A DNA stretch of 63,721 nt, filler included, from Lama guanicoe (Eukaryota): NCBI GenBank assembly GCA_013239625.1. It is 182 parts of 182 records of this genome, joined end to end, with 100 filler letters (N's around TTAATTAATTAA, not from the genome) between each part and the next. Parts side by side here need not be neighbours in the genome. Positions count along the whole stretch, not along the records: positions 1 to 250 come from PNXV01048350.1; positions 351 to 600 come from PNXV01048351.1; positions 701 to 950 come from PNXV01048352.1; positions 1,051 to 1,300 come from PNXV01048353.1; positions 1,401 to 1,650 come from PNXV01048354.1; positions 1,751 to 2,000 come from PNXV01048355.1; positions 2,101 to 2,350 come from PNXV01048356.1; positions 2,451 to 2,699 come from PNXV01048357.1; 174 more parts are not named here. The stretch is one strand, 5' to 3'. The notes under the pieces are model-generated. The model was not told the origin of the DNA. It ran no database searches and saw nothing but the letters and a program-made list of their open reading frames with translations. Position numbers and translations under genes: made by a program. How positions within the stretch are numbered: the stretch's first letter is position 1; each line of letters begins with the position of its first letter. Positions 1 to 12,848 of the stretch are shown piece after piece.

Positions 1-104
1 ATTTGTGTGGGGGCCTGTAGCATCGGGGGAGAGGTGGTAAGGTGACGCCAATTGCGGGAGCCAGCTCTGAGGTGGGCAGGGTGCTTGGAGTCTGAGCAGG
101 GTGA

Positions 105-250
105 GGGTGGAGTGGCAGAACACTGGACTTGGAGCCAGAACCCCTGAATTAGGGTCCCGTGACTGAAGGTACGTTTTGTAACCTCTATGAGCCTTTGTTT
201 CCTTGTGTGTAAAATGGAGCCAGCAACGCCTATTTAATAGTCTTGAAATG
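105..250 (+). mobile_element. MIR SINE fragment
   Basis: Decayed MIR core: 'ctggacttggagccaga...aacctctatgagcctttgtttccttgtgtgtaaaatgg'. Confidence 0.65.
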
Positions 251-350
251 NNNNNNNNNNNNNNNNNNNNNNNNNNNNNNNNNNNNNNNNNNNNTTAATT
301 AATTAANNNNNNNNNNNNNNNNNNNNNNNNNNNNNNNNNNNNNNNNNNNN
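251..350. other. Synthetic 100-bp contig linker (first of 181); core TTAATTAATTAA at 295-306
   Basis: The 12-mer is palindromic, with TAA at offsets 2, 6 and 10, so it has a stop in all six frames. It is always flanked by exactly 44 N on each side. Confidence 0.98.
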
Positions 351-1050
351 TTTTCCAACATAAAGTTTAAAACCACTGCTCTGTCCTGTGTTCCTGAGGC
401 TGATATTTGGGGGTTTTGTAGACAAAGGGATATTAAACTTCTATTTTTCTTAAAGGAACTAAGGTAAATCTTTCCCCCAAATCTGTGAAAGGGTTGTGTG
501 TGTGTGTTTTGAAATGGAAAATTAAAAACAGTAACCTTATGTAATATTCTGCAGTTAGACAATACACCAAATCTTGACACAAAAGACGGGGAATGGAATT
601 NNNNNNNNNNNNNNNNNNNNNNNNNNNNNNNNNNNNNNNNNNNNTTAATTAATTAANNNNNNNNNNNNNNNNNNNNNNNNNNNNNNNNNNNNNNNNNNNN
701 GAATATCACTGAATAAATGAATGAAGGGCCCAGGCAATAAAATTTTTAGGGAAAGAAAAAAATACATATATGTAAAAATAAAATGTATGGTAACAACAAA
801 AGAAGTGGGAAAGTTAGAAGTGGAAATAAAGTGTGTTAAGGTCTTGGAAGAGATTTTTTTAAAAACAGAGTACCAATTTATGGTAGACCCTAATACCCCA
901 ATAAGTAAAGGATGCATGCTGTCATCAAGGGTAACCACTAAAAGAATAATNNNNNNNNNNNNNNNNNNNNNNNNNNNNNNNNNNNNNNNNNNNNTTAATT
1001 AATTAANNNNNNNNNNNNNNNNNNNNNNNNNNNNNNNNNNNNNNNNNNNN

Positions 1051-1210
1051 GCACAGAGTTTCCGTATGGGAACATGGAAATTTCTGGAGATGGATAGTAG
1101 TGGTGGGTGCGCAACAATGTTAGTGTACTTAATGTCACTGGACCACACACTTAAAATGATTAAAATGGTAAATTTGATGGTATGCATATTTTGCCAAAGT
1201 AAAAATAAAA
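1051..1210 (+). mobile_element. Old L1M (L1MB-like) 3' end
   Basis: 'tttctggagatggatagtagtggtgggtgcgcaacaatg...gtacttaatgtcactg...cacttaaaatgattaaaatggtaaatt' followed by an A-rich tail. Confidence 0.75.
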
Positions 1211-1750
1211 CATGATTGACTTTTTAAACAAAAACAATAACAGTATGCTTTGGGTTTATAAAATGTGTAATAGTAATATATATGACAACATAGCATAAAG
1301 NNNNNNNNNNNNNNNNNNNNNNNNNNNNNNNNNNNNNNNNNNNNTTAATTAATTAANNNNNNNNNNNNNNNNNNNNNNNNNNNNNNNNNNNNNNNNNNNN
1401 AAGATATAAGCTCTATTAATTAATAATGGTATAAAAACTATACAGTAGACTATGCATATGAAAATTAGTATATAAAATAAAACTGTATATACTAAAGGAG
1501 GAGGGAAGAAATTTAGTTTGATTTGTAAGAATCTGAAGTTATGGCAACAGAACCCTCCCCAGTAAAACAGAAAATGGATTAGATTTTTTTTTGAAAGTCT
1601 AAAATTCCTTTAAATGAAATGCATTGTAGGGTAGGGCAATGCTCAGGAAANNNNNNNNNNNNNNNNNNNNNNNNNNNNNNNNNNNNNNNNNNNNTTAATT
1701 AATTAANNNNNNNNNNNNNNNNNNNNNNNNNNNNNNNNNNNNNNNNNNNN

Positions 1751-2000
<250 letters not shown>

Positions 2001-2450
2001 NNNNNNNNNNNNNNNNNNNNNNNNNNNNNNNNNNNNNNNNNNNNTTAATTAATTAANNNNNNNNNNNNNNNNNNNNNNNNNNNNNNNNNNNNNNNNNNNN
2101 TCTCGTCAGAACCACCTCTGTCCCTCCCTTCTCTCCAACTCAGAACAATGGCAGGGTGACGACGCGGAGGAACAGAAGTGGGGACGCCATTGCAACACGT
2201 TTTCTCTGACGCTTTTTCACCAGGGAGAGCCAAGCCCGCCACCGTGTCTCTTGATGGATGCAGTGTGGCTTGTGCCTTTGGTCTGGCCCAGCACCTGGCC
2301 TCGAGTCCCAGCTCCATCCCGCAGTGACTGACGCGTCAGGGACACACCTGNNNNNNNNNNNNNNNNNNNNNNNNNNNNNNNNNNNNNNNNNNNNTTAATT
2401 AATTAANNNNNNNNNNNNNNNNNNNNNNNNNNNNNNNNNNNNNNNNNNNN

Positions 2451-2562
2451 AAGTGCATGCTTAGCATGCATGAGGTCCTGGGTTCAATCCCCAGTACCAT
2501 CTCTAAAAATAAATAAACCTAATTACCCCCATCCCCCCCCACAAAAAAAACTTAAAAAAAAA
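2451..2562 (+). mobile_element. tRNA-Ala-derived SINE of camelid vic-1 type, 5'-truncated by contig edge
   Basis: 'gtgcatgcttagcatgcatgaggtcctgggttcaatccccagtacc' shows an AGC anticodon arm and B-box GGTTCAATCC. It is followed by 'aataaataaacctaattacc', a C-run and an A-rich tail. Confidence 0.8.
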
Positions 2563-2799
2563 GAAACGTGCAGAGTTGACACTGTAAATCCATGACATTT
2601 TCCAAAAGGAAGGAACCCCACAGTAATTGGAACATAGGAATAAAAAAAAAAAATGGAATGTCCAGACTCTCCACAAAACCCTTCCCCAGAAATGTATGGN
2701 NNNNNNNNNNNNNNNNNNNNNNNNNNNNNNNNNNNNNNNNNNNTTAATTAATTAANNNNNNNNNNNNNNNNNNNNNNNNNNNNNNNNNNNNNNNNNNNN

Positions 2800-2969
2800 C
2801 TTAAAGGTCAGAGCCTTGAGAATGGGCTCTCCTGTGTATTTCAGGCTAAAGGCAAAATTCTTTTCCAAAAGGCGCAGAGCCAGCAAGGCTGAGCCCAGAA
2901 AACAGGGCACAGGGTTAAAGCCAAAGGAACAGACCTAACATGGAGTCAGATTGGTTCTTTTCTGTTACA
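2800..2969 (-). mobile_element. ERV1-type LTR, 5' terminus (TGTAACAGAA...)
   Basis: Ends in '...aacatggagtcagattggttcttttctgttaca', a typical MER41-like LTR terminus in reverse orientation. Confidence 0.6.
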
Positions 2970-5900
2970 TCAGCAGGGTCTTCTCTCTCCACCCATCAAT
3001 TGATTAATCCAATCACACTGTTTGCTTCTCCTCCTCCACTGACCCTTCCNNNNNNNNNNNNNNNNNNNNNNNNNNNNNNNNNNNNNNNNNNNNTTAATTA
3101 ATTAANNNNNNNNNNNNNNNNNNNNNNNNNNNNNNNNNNNNNNNNNNNNAAAAAAAAGAGTACATTCCAACCTTTGCAATAAGTAACATACACTTGTTTC
3201 TCCTTGTTTTCCCTGAGTGCCTCCTGCAGTCTCTAAGAGCAGGCTTCACGGCCACGCAGTGTCACACGCAAGGTTAATTTGGTTGGGGCTGTGGTGACAT
3301 CCGTGCAGTGAATAATGCTATTTACACATCTGTGTGAGACGGACGTGAATGACGCAGCCCGCAACAGGGCTGCCTCTGAATGACATGGAGCTGTGCTTTN
3401 NNNNNNNNNNNNNNNNNNNNNNNNNNNNNNNNNNNNNNNNNNNTTAATTAATTAANNNNNNNNNNNNNNNNNNNNNNNNNNNNNNNNNNNNNNNNNNNNG
3501 TGGACTTAGATACTGTCAAGGAAGTCCCCTCACAAGAGGTGCACTTTGGTTGTTTGTAGGAGAAATCAAGTAACAACGCTCGAACAAATATGATTACCTA
3601 TGTTTAATGTTCTCATTTATACATTACATGTATAAAGTAGACTTTCTCGTGGGACGGCTTTACTTTTCCATGCGTATTTAAGAAGAATGACTCTTGTGAA
3701 GATGCCTGATGATTAAAAGACACTTCACTATCTTTGTTCATTTCATGTANNNNNNNNNNNNNNNNNNNNNNNNNNNNNNNNNNNNNNNNNNNNTTAATTA
3801 ATTAANNNNNNNNNNNNNNNNNNNNNNNNNNNNNNNNNNNNNNNNNNNNTTTTTTCTGGTTATCTTGATAATTTATTATGAGGAAATTGTTGAAAAATTG
3901 CTAAAGAAGCAGCAATAATATTCTGGGAATATCCAGGACTGAAGTGAACTTCTGAGATACCACGAGAACAGGCATAGACGTACTCATGAGAATCTCTTTG
4001 TGGGCAACACATTTAAAACTCTGCCTTCATAAAGGAAAACTCTACATGGATAACTAGAGTATGAGCTCAAAGTAAAGAATTTTCTGACTCTTGAGCACCN
4101 NNNNNNNNNNNNNNNNNNNNNNNNNNNNNNNNNNNNNNNNNNNTTAATTAATTAANNNNNNNNNNNNNNNNNNNNNNNNNNNNNNNNNNNNNNNNNNNNC
4201 ACCATCATGCTGATCATGAGGCCTTGTTTCTCCTTTCATGCTCTGGTCTAAATGTGGACACTCAATTTTTCACTGACTTGGTCTCGCTTGAGACACGCCA
4301 GACTTTCTGAATGAGTTTATCACATTCTGGGTGGGGAAAAGAGTAGAAGTAAGTGTCACAATTAAAAGGAGTCTAGGTTATCCGGGTTGGCAAATGCAGA
4401 CTGGGATCTGTGATGGCTGGGCTGTGCCCTGGACACAGGCGTTTCCCGTNNNNNNNNNNNNNNNNNNNNNNNNNNNNNNNNNNNNNNNNNNNNTTAATTA
4501 ATTAANNNNNNNNNNNNNNNNNNNNNNNNNNNNNNNNNNNNNNNNNNNNGGCACATAGACATTTACAAATATTGCTTGAACTAAATGCAACTGTCCAAGT
4601 TCTGCCATTTACTGACAACATAAACATCAGCAAATCAATTAATCTGAGTGACAGAATACTCGGTATTCACAGAGATATGAACACCATTGTTGACCATTGA
4701 GTCTTATAGTGGGAATGTGTATAAAATTAGCAGAGGAGACTCCTTGGAGCAGGAGCCTAAAGTACTGTATGAAACCCAAGGGGTCTTGAGTACAGAATAN
4801 NNNNNNNNNNNNNNNNNNNNNNNNNNNNNNNNNNNNNNNNNNNTTAATTAATTAANNNNNNNNNNNNNNNNNNNNNNNNNNNNNNNNNNNNNNNNNNNNG
4901 CTGCGCACTGGCCTCTCAGGGAGCAGAGACAGCGTGGACCATGTGACGGTGACAGCAGATGAGGCCTCGCACTTATCATTAAGTCATCCCCATAGTGAAA
5001 CCCCTTCAGAGCCAGTAGCAAGGATCAGGCCACCCCTGATGAGGGCCATGGCCCAGGGATGGACCCTGGGCGCCCCCCAGACAGGACCAGGGAGCCACTG
5101 AGGGAACGCAGCATGGACACCAGGGCTCAGGAAGATGGTAGGTCACCCCNNNNNNNNNNNNNNNNNNNNNNNNNNNNNNNNNNNNNNNNNNNNTTAATTA
5201 ATTAANNNNNNNNNNNNNNNNNNNNNNNNNNNNNNNNNNNNNNNNNNNNCTCAGAACTGAACTGGGGTGAAGCAGTCACCCAGCTTCAGGCCGGTGCACG
5301 CTCATTTCTTCCCACACACAATTTAAGGAAGTGAAAAGGCCACGTGTCAAACATTTCTGAGCCTGTGGGTCTTATTTCTACCACGACTGCTCTGGTTCTA
5401 AGTAAGAACCCCGATACTCTGGTTTCTCTTCAGATTGTATAAATCTATCGCCTTTTACTAAGTCAGAACACTTGATGAATGAGTGGATTCAGGAATGAAN
5501 NNNNNNNNNNNNNNNNNNNNNNNNNNNNNNNNNNNNNNNNNNNTTAATTAATTAANNNNNNNNNNNNNNNNNNNNNNNNNNNNNNNNNNNNNNNNNNNNT
5601 ATAATTTGATATTGGAATTCATTATTTAAAGTAGTCACATTGCAAATAGATTGATTTCAGTATAAAATATAAATTATTCTAGCTAATAATATAATAGATA
5701 TTCCTTATTTTACTGTTTTCTTTTTGAGTATTAGGTTGAATTTTCTTTAGTGGTTTTTCTTTTTTTAAAAAATATACAGAAAGTCATCTTTATTAGAATT
5801 AGCATTTTATCAAATGCTAAAATAATTCTGCTTTTAATATTTAAAAAAANNNNNNNNNNNNNNNNNNNNNNNNNNNNNNNNNNNNNNNNNNNNTTAATTA

Positions 5901-6379
5901 ATTAANNNNNNNNNNNNNNNNNNNNNNNNNNNNNNNNNNNNNNNNNNNNAATCAGGTTATAATAAATTCTACCATATACTCAGCAACACATCACATACAT
6001 GGCTTTCTCTAGTTTCAGCCTAGGATGGTTGCTATATTGAGGAGAATAAAGAAGGTATTCTTCTTTTAATTTCTCTGCAATTTGAGAAAGTAATTTGTGG
6101 CTGATAATTCACTGTCGAGGAAGCCCACTACAACTGAACAATGCTGATATCCTGGAGAATTTTATTTGAATAAATACTATGGGGATTTTGAAATAAGCAN
6201 NNNNNNNNNNNNNNNNNNNNNNNNNNNNNNNNNNNNNNNNNNNTTAATTAATTAANNNNNNNNNNNNNNNNNNNNNNNNNNNNNNNNNNNNNNNNNNNNA
6301 CAAATATATTCAGTATCACTTTTCCTCAGCTCATTATCCAATTTTTAAATGATAAGAAAGGTGTCATATATCATAATAA

Positions 6380-6545
6380 AATTTACTGAGACCTTAGTCT
6401 GTATCAGACATTCCACTAAGGGCTTTAAAAGACTCAACTCATTTTAACATTTACAATAATCTTTTGACATAAATATGATGATTACTCTCATTTTACAGTT
6501 GAGCTGTATGAGACATAGAAATGATTGTATGCAAGGTCACAAAAT
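6380..6545 (-). mobile_element. MIR SINE fragment
   Basis: 'atttactgag...tctcattttacagttgag...gcaaggtcac' is the reverse MIR core. Confidence 0.6.
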
Positions 6546-6998
6546 TTGANNNNNNNNNNNNNNNNNNNNNNNNNNNNNNNNNNNNNNNNNNNNTTAATTA
6601 ATTAANNNNNNNNNNNNNNNNNNNNNNNNNNNNNNNNNNNNNNNNNNNNTTCTCTGTGATTTATCATAACATTTTGTGTATATTTCCCTGTGCTAAAGAC
6701 CTGTATACATTGAAAGTATGCAGCTTAAGTTTTGACATTTGCGCCTATGGAATCGTCACCACAATCAGCATAACGAAGAAAAACGTTTTGAAGCAGCAGT
6801 AAACATGCTGCAAAAAGGGCACTTGTTTGCAGCTTGAGAGCTGAATTTAGAAGAGACGGTGTCTGTTAGTTGAACCTCAGCTGGAATGTGCGTACCAGNN
6901 NNNNNNNNNNNNNNNNNNNNNNNNNNNNNNNNNNNNNNNNNNTTAATTAATTAANNNNNNNNNNNNNNNNNNNNNNNNNNNNNNNNNNNNNNNNNNNN

Positions 6999-7248
6999 CT
7001 GTTTCAAAAAAACACTGTCAAGTCTGAACCTTTATACTTGCTGTTCCTTCTGCCTGGAACTTTCCTTCCTTGGGTATCCCTGGATTTACTCCTGTGCATC
7101 CTTGAATTCTCTGCTTAGAGGCCTTCTTTTTGAGTTTGACCCCATCCATCCTACTGAAAATAGCAGCCCAGCATGCCTTTCCTCTTCTCTGCTTATTTCC
7201 CCCCCCCATAGTGTTGACCACCATCATACATGCCATGTCACTTTCCTG
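6999..7248. mobile_element. L2 LINE 3' fragment
   Basis: 'cttgctgttccttctgcctggaactttccttcc...agaggccttct' is an L2 3' region motif. Confidence 0.55.
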
Positions 7249-7348
7249 NNNNNNNNNNNNNNNNNNNNNNNNNNNNNNNNNNNNNNNNNNNNTTAATTAA
7301 TTAANNNNNNNNNNNNNNNNNNNNNNNNNNNNNNNNNNNNNNNNNNNN

Positions 7349-7550
7349 ATTTAAGTGCTCCTATTGGGTGCATATATGTTAAGGAGTGTAATATTTTCAT
7401 CTTGTATTGCTCCTGTGATCATTATATACTGTCCTTCTTTATCTCCCTTTGTGGCCTTAGTTTTAAAATCTATATTATCTGTTATAAGTATTGCTACTCC
7501 TGCTTTCATATCATTTCCATTTGCATAAAATATATTATTCCATCCTCTCA
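7349..7550 (-). mobile_element. L1 ORF2 endonuclease-region fragment, decayed
   Basis: Reverse of the L1 EN region ('gggtgcatatatgtta' encodes NIYAP; 'gtattgctactcctgctttc' encodes KAGVAI). Confidence 0.8.
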
Positions 7551-7698
7551 GTTTCTATTTTTCAAACTTTTTCTTATTATTGAGTTGTAGTCATTTTANN
7601 NNNNNNNNNNNNNNNNNNNNNNNNNNNNNNNNNNNNNNNNNNTTAATTAATTAANNNNNNNNNNNNNNNNNNNNNNNNNNNNNNNNNNNNNNNNNNNN

Positions 7699-7948
7699 CG
7701 CTGAGCAGACCATCCTGGGGGGAGGGACTCTGCCTTTATTACCTCTCAGGTGGTTGTTACAGCGTAACCTGCTCACCGTTGTCCATCCTGCATGTAACTG
7801 CTGCCGCCTGTGAAAAGTTCCAGGTCTGGGTTTTGCAGGGGCTTGTCGGTTAGATCCCACCTTCTTGCATACACCTCTGCGATGATTTCTTCGCAGTCAT
7901 GGTCAGGCTGCCCTTCCCCCTCAGGCAAATATGTGGCTGGGTTTAAGG
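7699..7948 (-). pseudogene. Class I (gammaretrovirus-like) ERV pol, tether to RNase H junction, with two in-frame stops
   Basis: Translation: LNPATYLPEGEGQPDHDCEEIIAEVYARRWDLTDKPLQNPDLELFTGGSSYMQDGQR*AGYAVTTT*EVIKAESLPPGWSAQ. It contains the MLV-like motifs LNPAT.LP, HDC, DLTD.PL, T(D)GSS and SAQ. Confidence 0.9.
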
Positions 7949-9560
7949 NNNNNNNNNNNNNNNNNNNNNNNNNNNNNNNNNNNNNNNNNNNNTTAATTAA
8001 TTAANNNNNNNNNNNNNNNNNNNNNNNNNNNNNNNNNNNNNNNNNNNNCAGAGAATCAAGCGGGCCAGCTGATGGAGCTGGCTGAGAGCTTGCTTCCGCT
8101 GCGCCTGCTTTCTGCGGCGTCGGGAAGGGTTCAGGGAGCGTGTGGCATTCATTCTTCGTGTCGGCTCCTCCTCCTGACGTCCTGAGTGAAGGGACTTACG
8201 AGGAATGGAGCCTCCTGAGTCTTCAGTAACCGAGTTTCCACCGACACTCAGTTTAGAGATATCGAGGGATCTAGATGAATCACAGTCAAGGTGCCAGTNN
8301 NNNNNNNNNNNNNNNNNNNNNNNNNNNNNNNNNNNNNNNNNNTTAATTAATTAANNNNNNNNNNNNNNNNNNNNNNNNNNNNNNNNNNNNNNNNNNNNAT
8401 TTTATTTACATCTTTCATATTCCAAAACCTTTGTTCACTTGATCTTCTTTGGTATGAAAAAGGTAGACAGATCAAAGGAACAGAATAAAGAGAACAGAAA
8501 TAGAAGCAAATGCATATGGGGATTTAGCAACTAGCTAAATGTGGCATTTCACTTCAATAGCGAAAAGATGGATTATGTTTTTTCTTAAAGTGTTTAGAAT
8601 GACTTCATGTCACTAGGAACAAATAGAGCTACATCCGAACATTATTCTNNNNNNNNNNNNNNNNNNNNNNNNNNNNNNNNNNNNNNNNNNNNTTAATTAA
8701 TTAANNNNNNNNNNNNNNNNNNNNNNNNNNNNNNNNNNNNNNNNNNNNTTGTCCTCACTGGACCCATCCCTTGGCCCTGGGGCCTCCCTAATAGGAGACG
8801 TCTCTCTGAGAACTGAGGCATCCCTGGGTCCTAGACTCCGTGCAGTGCACTTTTGACCCCGGGAAGGGGAGAGGGGTGTCCAGCCTGGAATGGAAGGAAA
8901 CCATGATGTCCTGGAGAGAGAATAAAGTGTTTGGACATGAACAGGCCACTGTCTGCTCGGTAGCACCTTAGAAGTTCCTCAAAATCAACGTCAGCTGGNN
9001 NNNNNNNNNNNNNNNNNNNNNNNNNNNNNNNNNNNNNNNNNNTTAATTAATTAANNNNNNNNNNNNNNNNNNNNNNNNNNNNNNNNNNNNNNNNNNNNTG
9101 TATGTCTATTTCTGTATTCTCTATCATGTTCATTGAACTATGTGTCTATTTCTCCACCAATACCACCATGCGTACATATAGCTTCAGGTACATGAAAAAT
9201 GAAAAATATATCGAAAAAATATATATGAGAAGTGAAAACATATATCCCTTCAAAACTTGTATACAAATGTTCATAGCCGAATTATTCAAAATAAATAAGA
9301 AGAATACAAACCTGTGTGGACACTAGTTCACACAGGTGTCTGCCCAGANNNNNNNNNNNNNNNNNNNNNNNNNNNNNNNNNNNNNNNNNNNNTTAATTAA
9401 TTAANNNNNNNNNNNNNNNNNNNNNNNNNNNNNNNNNNNNNNNNNNNNTGTGTATCGTATAGAACACACAGCCACTAAAATGTTTTACATACATTTTCCA
9501 TGTGACGTTTTTGACCACTGTTATACAGATGATACAAATAGACAGAAAGATAGACAGACA

Positions 9561-9698
9561 TACAGTGGCCCCTGGGTATCCATCCTCAGGGCTTTGGTTC
9601 CAAGACCCACCACAGGCACCCAAATCCAGGACACTCGTGTCCCATAGACTCCCCTCTGCATCTGACGCTCCCCACCTGTGGATCCAACCAACTGTGGA
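9561..9698. mobile_element. TcMar-Tigger MITE (MER2-like) fragment
   Basis: TA target followed by 'cagtggcccctgggtatcc...ttggttccaagaccc...aaatcc' and 'tggatccaaccaactgtgga'. Confidence 0.6.
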
Positions 9699-10498
9699 NN
9701 NNNNNNNNNNNNNNNNNNNNNNNNNNNNNNNNNNNNNNNNNNTTAATTAATTAANNNNNNNNNNNNNNNNNNNNNNNNNNNNNNNNNNNNNNNNNNNNAG
9801 AGATTTGTCTTAGATTTTTCCTCACTCTTCAACTGCCAGCATCTTCTACATCACTTATACTTTTTAGCTCTTTTCTGAATGTCCCTGCTTGCTATCACCT
9901 ACTTGATTTGTTAGTTTCCTCTCTCACATTTTGGAATCACAAATTCTTTAGGGCCAATCTGTGATCTCCCAAGTCTCAGATGGCTGGAGCCCCTCGGGGA
10001 GCCCCAAGCCATTCTAACTGGCCGGGGCTTTGAGAAAGTTCTGAATCTNNNNNNNNNNNNNNNNNNNNNNNNNNNNNNNNNNNNNNNNNNNNTTAATTAA
10101 TTAANNNNNNNNNNNNNNNNNNNNNNNNNNNNNNNNNNNNNNNNNNNNTACCTGAGGGAAAAAATACAGGATGGACAGTAAATTGATTGTTGGCCAGCCA
10201 AGCAAACCAATACAGTGACATGACCAGCAACGTGGGGATGGGGAAAAAGTTCAAAAAAGAAACCTGGAGAAATGTCAACACAGATAAAGATGCTTGAGAA
10301 GTACATGCAAAAAATACATGCATGTAGATAGAATATAAGGCAGAGAATGAGAAGAGTCCAGGAAAGCGTGAACAAAAGGAGAAATAAAAGAAGTATGANN
10401 NNNNNNNNNNNNNNNNNNNNNNNNNNNNNNNNNNNNNNNNNNTTAATTAATTAANNNNNNNNNNNNNNNNNNNNNNNNNNNNNNNNNNNNNNNNNNNN

Positions 10499-10748
10499 GA
10501 AGTGCAGGGCGAGGCAGCCCAGTTACCTGTGTCTTCAGGAAAGACTCGTCAAGTATCATCAGTTCTGGTGCAGGTGGACCCGGCTCTCTGCCCGGTTCCG
10601 TCCGCTAGGAACTCGGGAGGAGTAAGGCCGCGCCCATGGGATCAGGCTGTGGAGACGGGCAGCTACGGTCCAATGGAGGGTAAAGTCCCACGTGCCCCAG
10701 TTTCGAACGGGCGCGGGGAGGCTGCGAGCAGCACAGGTGCGCGCACCT
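10499..10748 (-). promoter_or_regulatory. CpG-rich fragment, probable promoter or first exon ending in splice donor CAG|GTAACT (exon boundary 10527)
   Basis: High CpG density, an E-box CACGTG, an NRF1-like GCGCGC and a consensus donor on the minus strand. Confidence 0.4.
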
Positions 10749-12598
10749 NNNNNNNNNNNNNNNNNNNNNNNNNNNNNNNNNNNNNNNNNNNNTTAATTAA
10801 TTAANNNNNNNNNNNNNNNNNNNNNNNNNNNNNNNNNNNNNNNNNNNNTTGCTCTGTTTTACTTTGTATGAGTTACTTAATGGCAGGGAAGCTTGTGAGC
10901 CTGAGCGGTTACCGCCCTGTGAGCAGTGAGCAGCTATTTCCAAGATTAGAGTAAAGATGAGAGTAGTGGTGGGGAGATTCTTGACCTCTTTTCTACAAGA
11001 TGTTTGAGGGAGAATTGGATTAATGGATATTTAGCTAATAAACTGTCCTGCTGGCATAGAATAAGAACTTCACAGGTAAAAGCTCTGATGTTTACAGCNN
11101 NNNNNNNNNNNNNNNNNNNNNNNNNNNNNNNNNNNNNNNNNNTTAATTAATTAANNNNNNNNNNNNNNNNNNNNNNNNNNNNNNNNNNNNNNNNNNNNGG
11201 GCTCCCACCTTCCCTCAGGAAGGAGGCTGGTCCAGCTCCTTCCAGTGGATTTTGTGGATCCGTGGTGCTAGCATTAGCCAGACTTTCTGGGACTTGTGAA
11301 TGAAGAACCCTGACGGACACATATGTGAACGTCTATCCATCGGACGACGACCTTGTGACTGACGGATCAAAGGGGGACTCCCAACCCTGGGTTCAGTGGG
11401 TCCTCAGAAAGTGTTTCTCTGCCCTATTCACTTTACAGTATCTTTGAANNNNNNNNNNNNNNNNNNNNNNNNNNNNNNNNNNNNNNNNNNNNTTAATTAA
11501 TTAANNNNNNNNNNNNNNNNNNNNNNNNNNNNNNNNNNNNNNNNNNNNAGTTTATTCTCAGTTAGTAAAGCTTCACTGAAACACAAAATGATGTCCTAGG
11601 CATAGACTTTTAGCATCAGCCATCTACATCAATAACTTCCGGGTAATTATGCCAGACTACATTCCTTCTTTGTGCTTTAGTTCTAAACCAAAACGATAAT
11701 TTTAGTGGCTTCTTAGAGAAACTATGAGGGCTGAAAGGGTCATGTTAAGAACTCTGAATTATTGCTCCATCAACTTCTACTCTTATTATCTAATTCTTNN
11801 NNNNNNNNNNNNNNNNNNNNNNNNNNNNNNNNNNNNNNNNNNTTAATTAATTAANNNNNNNNNNNNNNNNNNNNNNNNNNNNNNNNNNNNNNNNNNNNGG
11901 TCATGATCTTGGTAAATTATTGCTCTGATGACACTAAATAACAGATTAGGAGTTGGGGCTCTTGCTTTTGTTTTCTGGTAGTTTGCAATATTGTAAAATT
12001 TTTGGTTTTATTTACATAAGCTACCTTTGATTATATTTCAAAATGACACTTTCCAGTAGCTGCTGTCTGGATGAAAGATGTGCTTTCATTGTCACTTATA
12101 CTTCTCTGGTAGTTAATGCCAGTGTTGTCACTGGTATGGTGAACCCTTNNNNNNNNNNNNNNNNNNNNNNNNNNNNNNNNNNNNNNNNNNNNTTAATTAA
12201 TTAANNNNNNNNNNNNNNNNNNNNNNNNNNNNNNNNNNNNNNNNNNNNCTAAAGTTTGCTCTTAATAAGGATATGGACATTTATTTCCTTAGAAAAATGA
12301 AACTGACTTTCCAGAAGGTCCTCACACTACTTATCCAGTAACATTAAAGCATTTGTAATGGCAAATTATTAGCAGGAACATTGAAGTGTGCCAAATTATT
12401 AAATACACCAAGCGCTCCATGTTTCCAGGTGACAAAATTGAGCTAGTTAACGATGTATTTGTCCATATTCATTTGCTTGCAACTTCTCCAAAATGTCANN
12501 NNNNNNNNNNNNNNNNNNNNNNNNNNNNNNNNNNNNNNNNNNTTAATTAATTAANNNNNNNNNNNNNNNNNNNNNNNNNNNNNNNNNNNNNNNNNNNN

Positions 12599-12848
12599 GT
12601 ATCACCTCACACCAGTCAGAATGGCCATCATTAAAAAGTTCACAAATTACAACTGCTGGAGAGGGTGTGAAGAAAAAGGAATCCTCCTACAGTTAGTGGG
12701 AATGCAGTCTAGTACAGCCATCATGGAAGACAGGATGGAGATTCCTTAAAAACTAAAATAGACTTATCATATGATCCAGCAATCCTATTCCTAGGCATTT
12801 ATCTGGAGAGAACTCTAATTCAAAAAGATATATGCACCTCAGTGTTCA
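12599..12848 (+). mobile_element. L1 ORF2 C-terminal (Cys-rich) fragment
   Basis: 'tatcacctcacaccagtcagaatggccatcatt' encodes YHLTPVRMAII; 'tatgatccagcaatccta' encodes YDPAI. Confidence 0.92.

Noticed and set aside
295..306. TTAATTAATTAA as piggyBac TTAA target sites, PacI sites or homeodomain sites
   Set aside because: It occurs only in the middle of N gaps at a fixed position, so it is synthetic.
2451..2500. tRNA-Ala gene
   Set aside because: 5'-truncated and followed by a SINE-specific tail and poly(A); it is a SINE.
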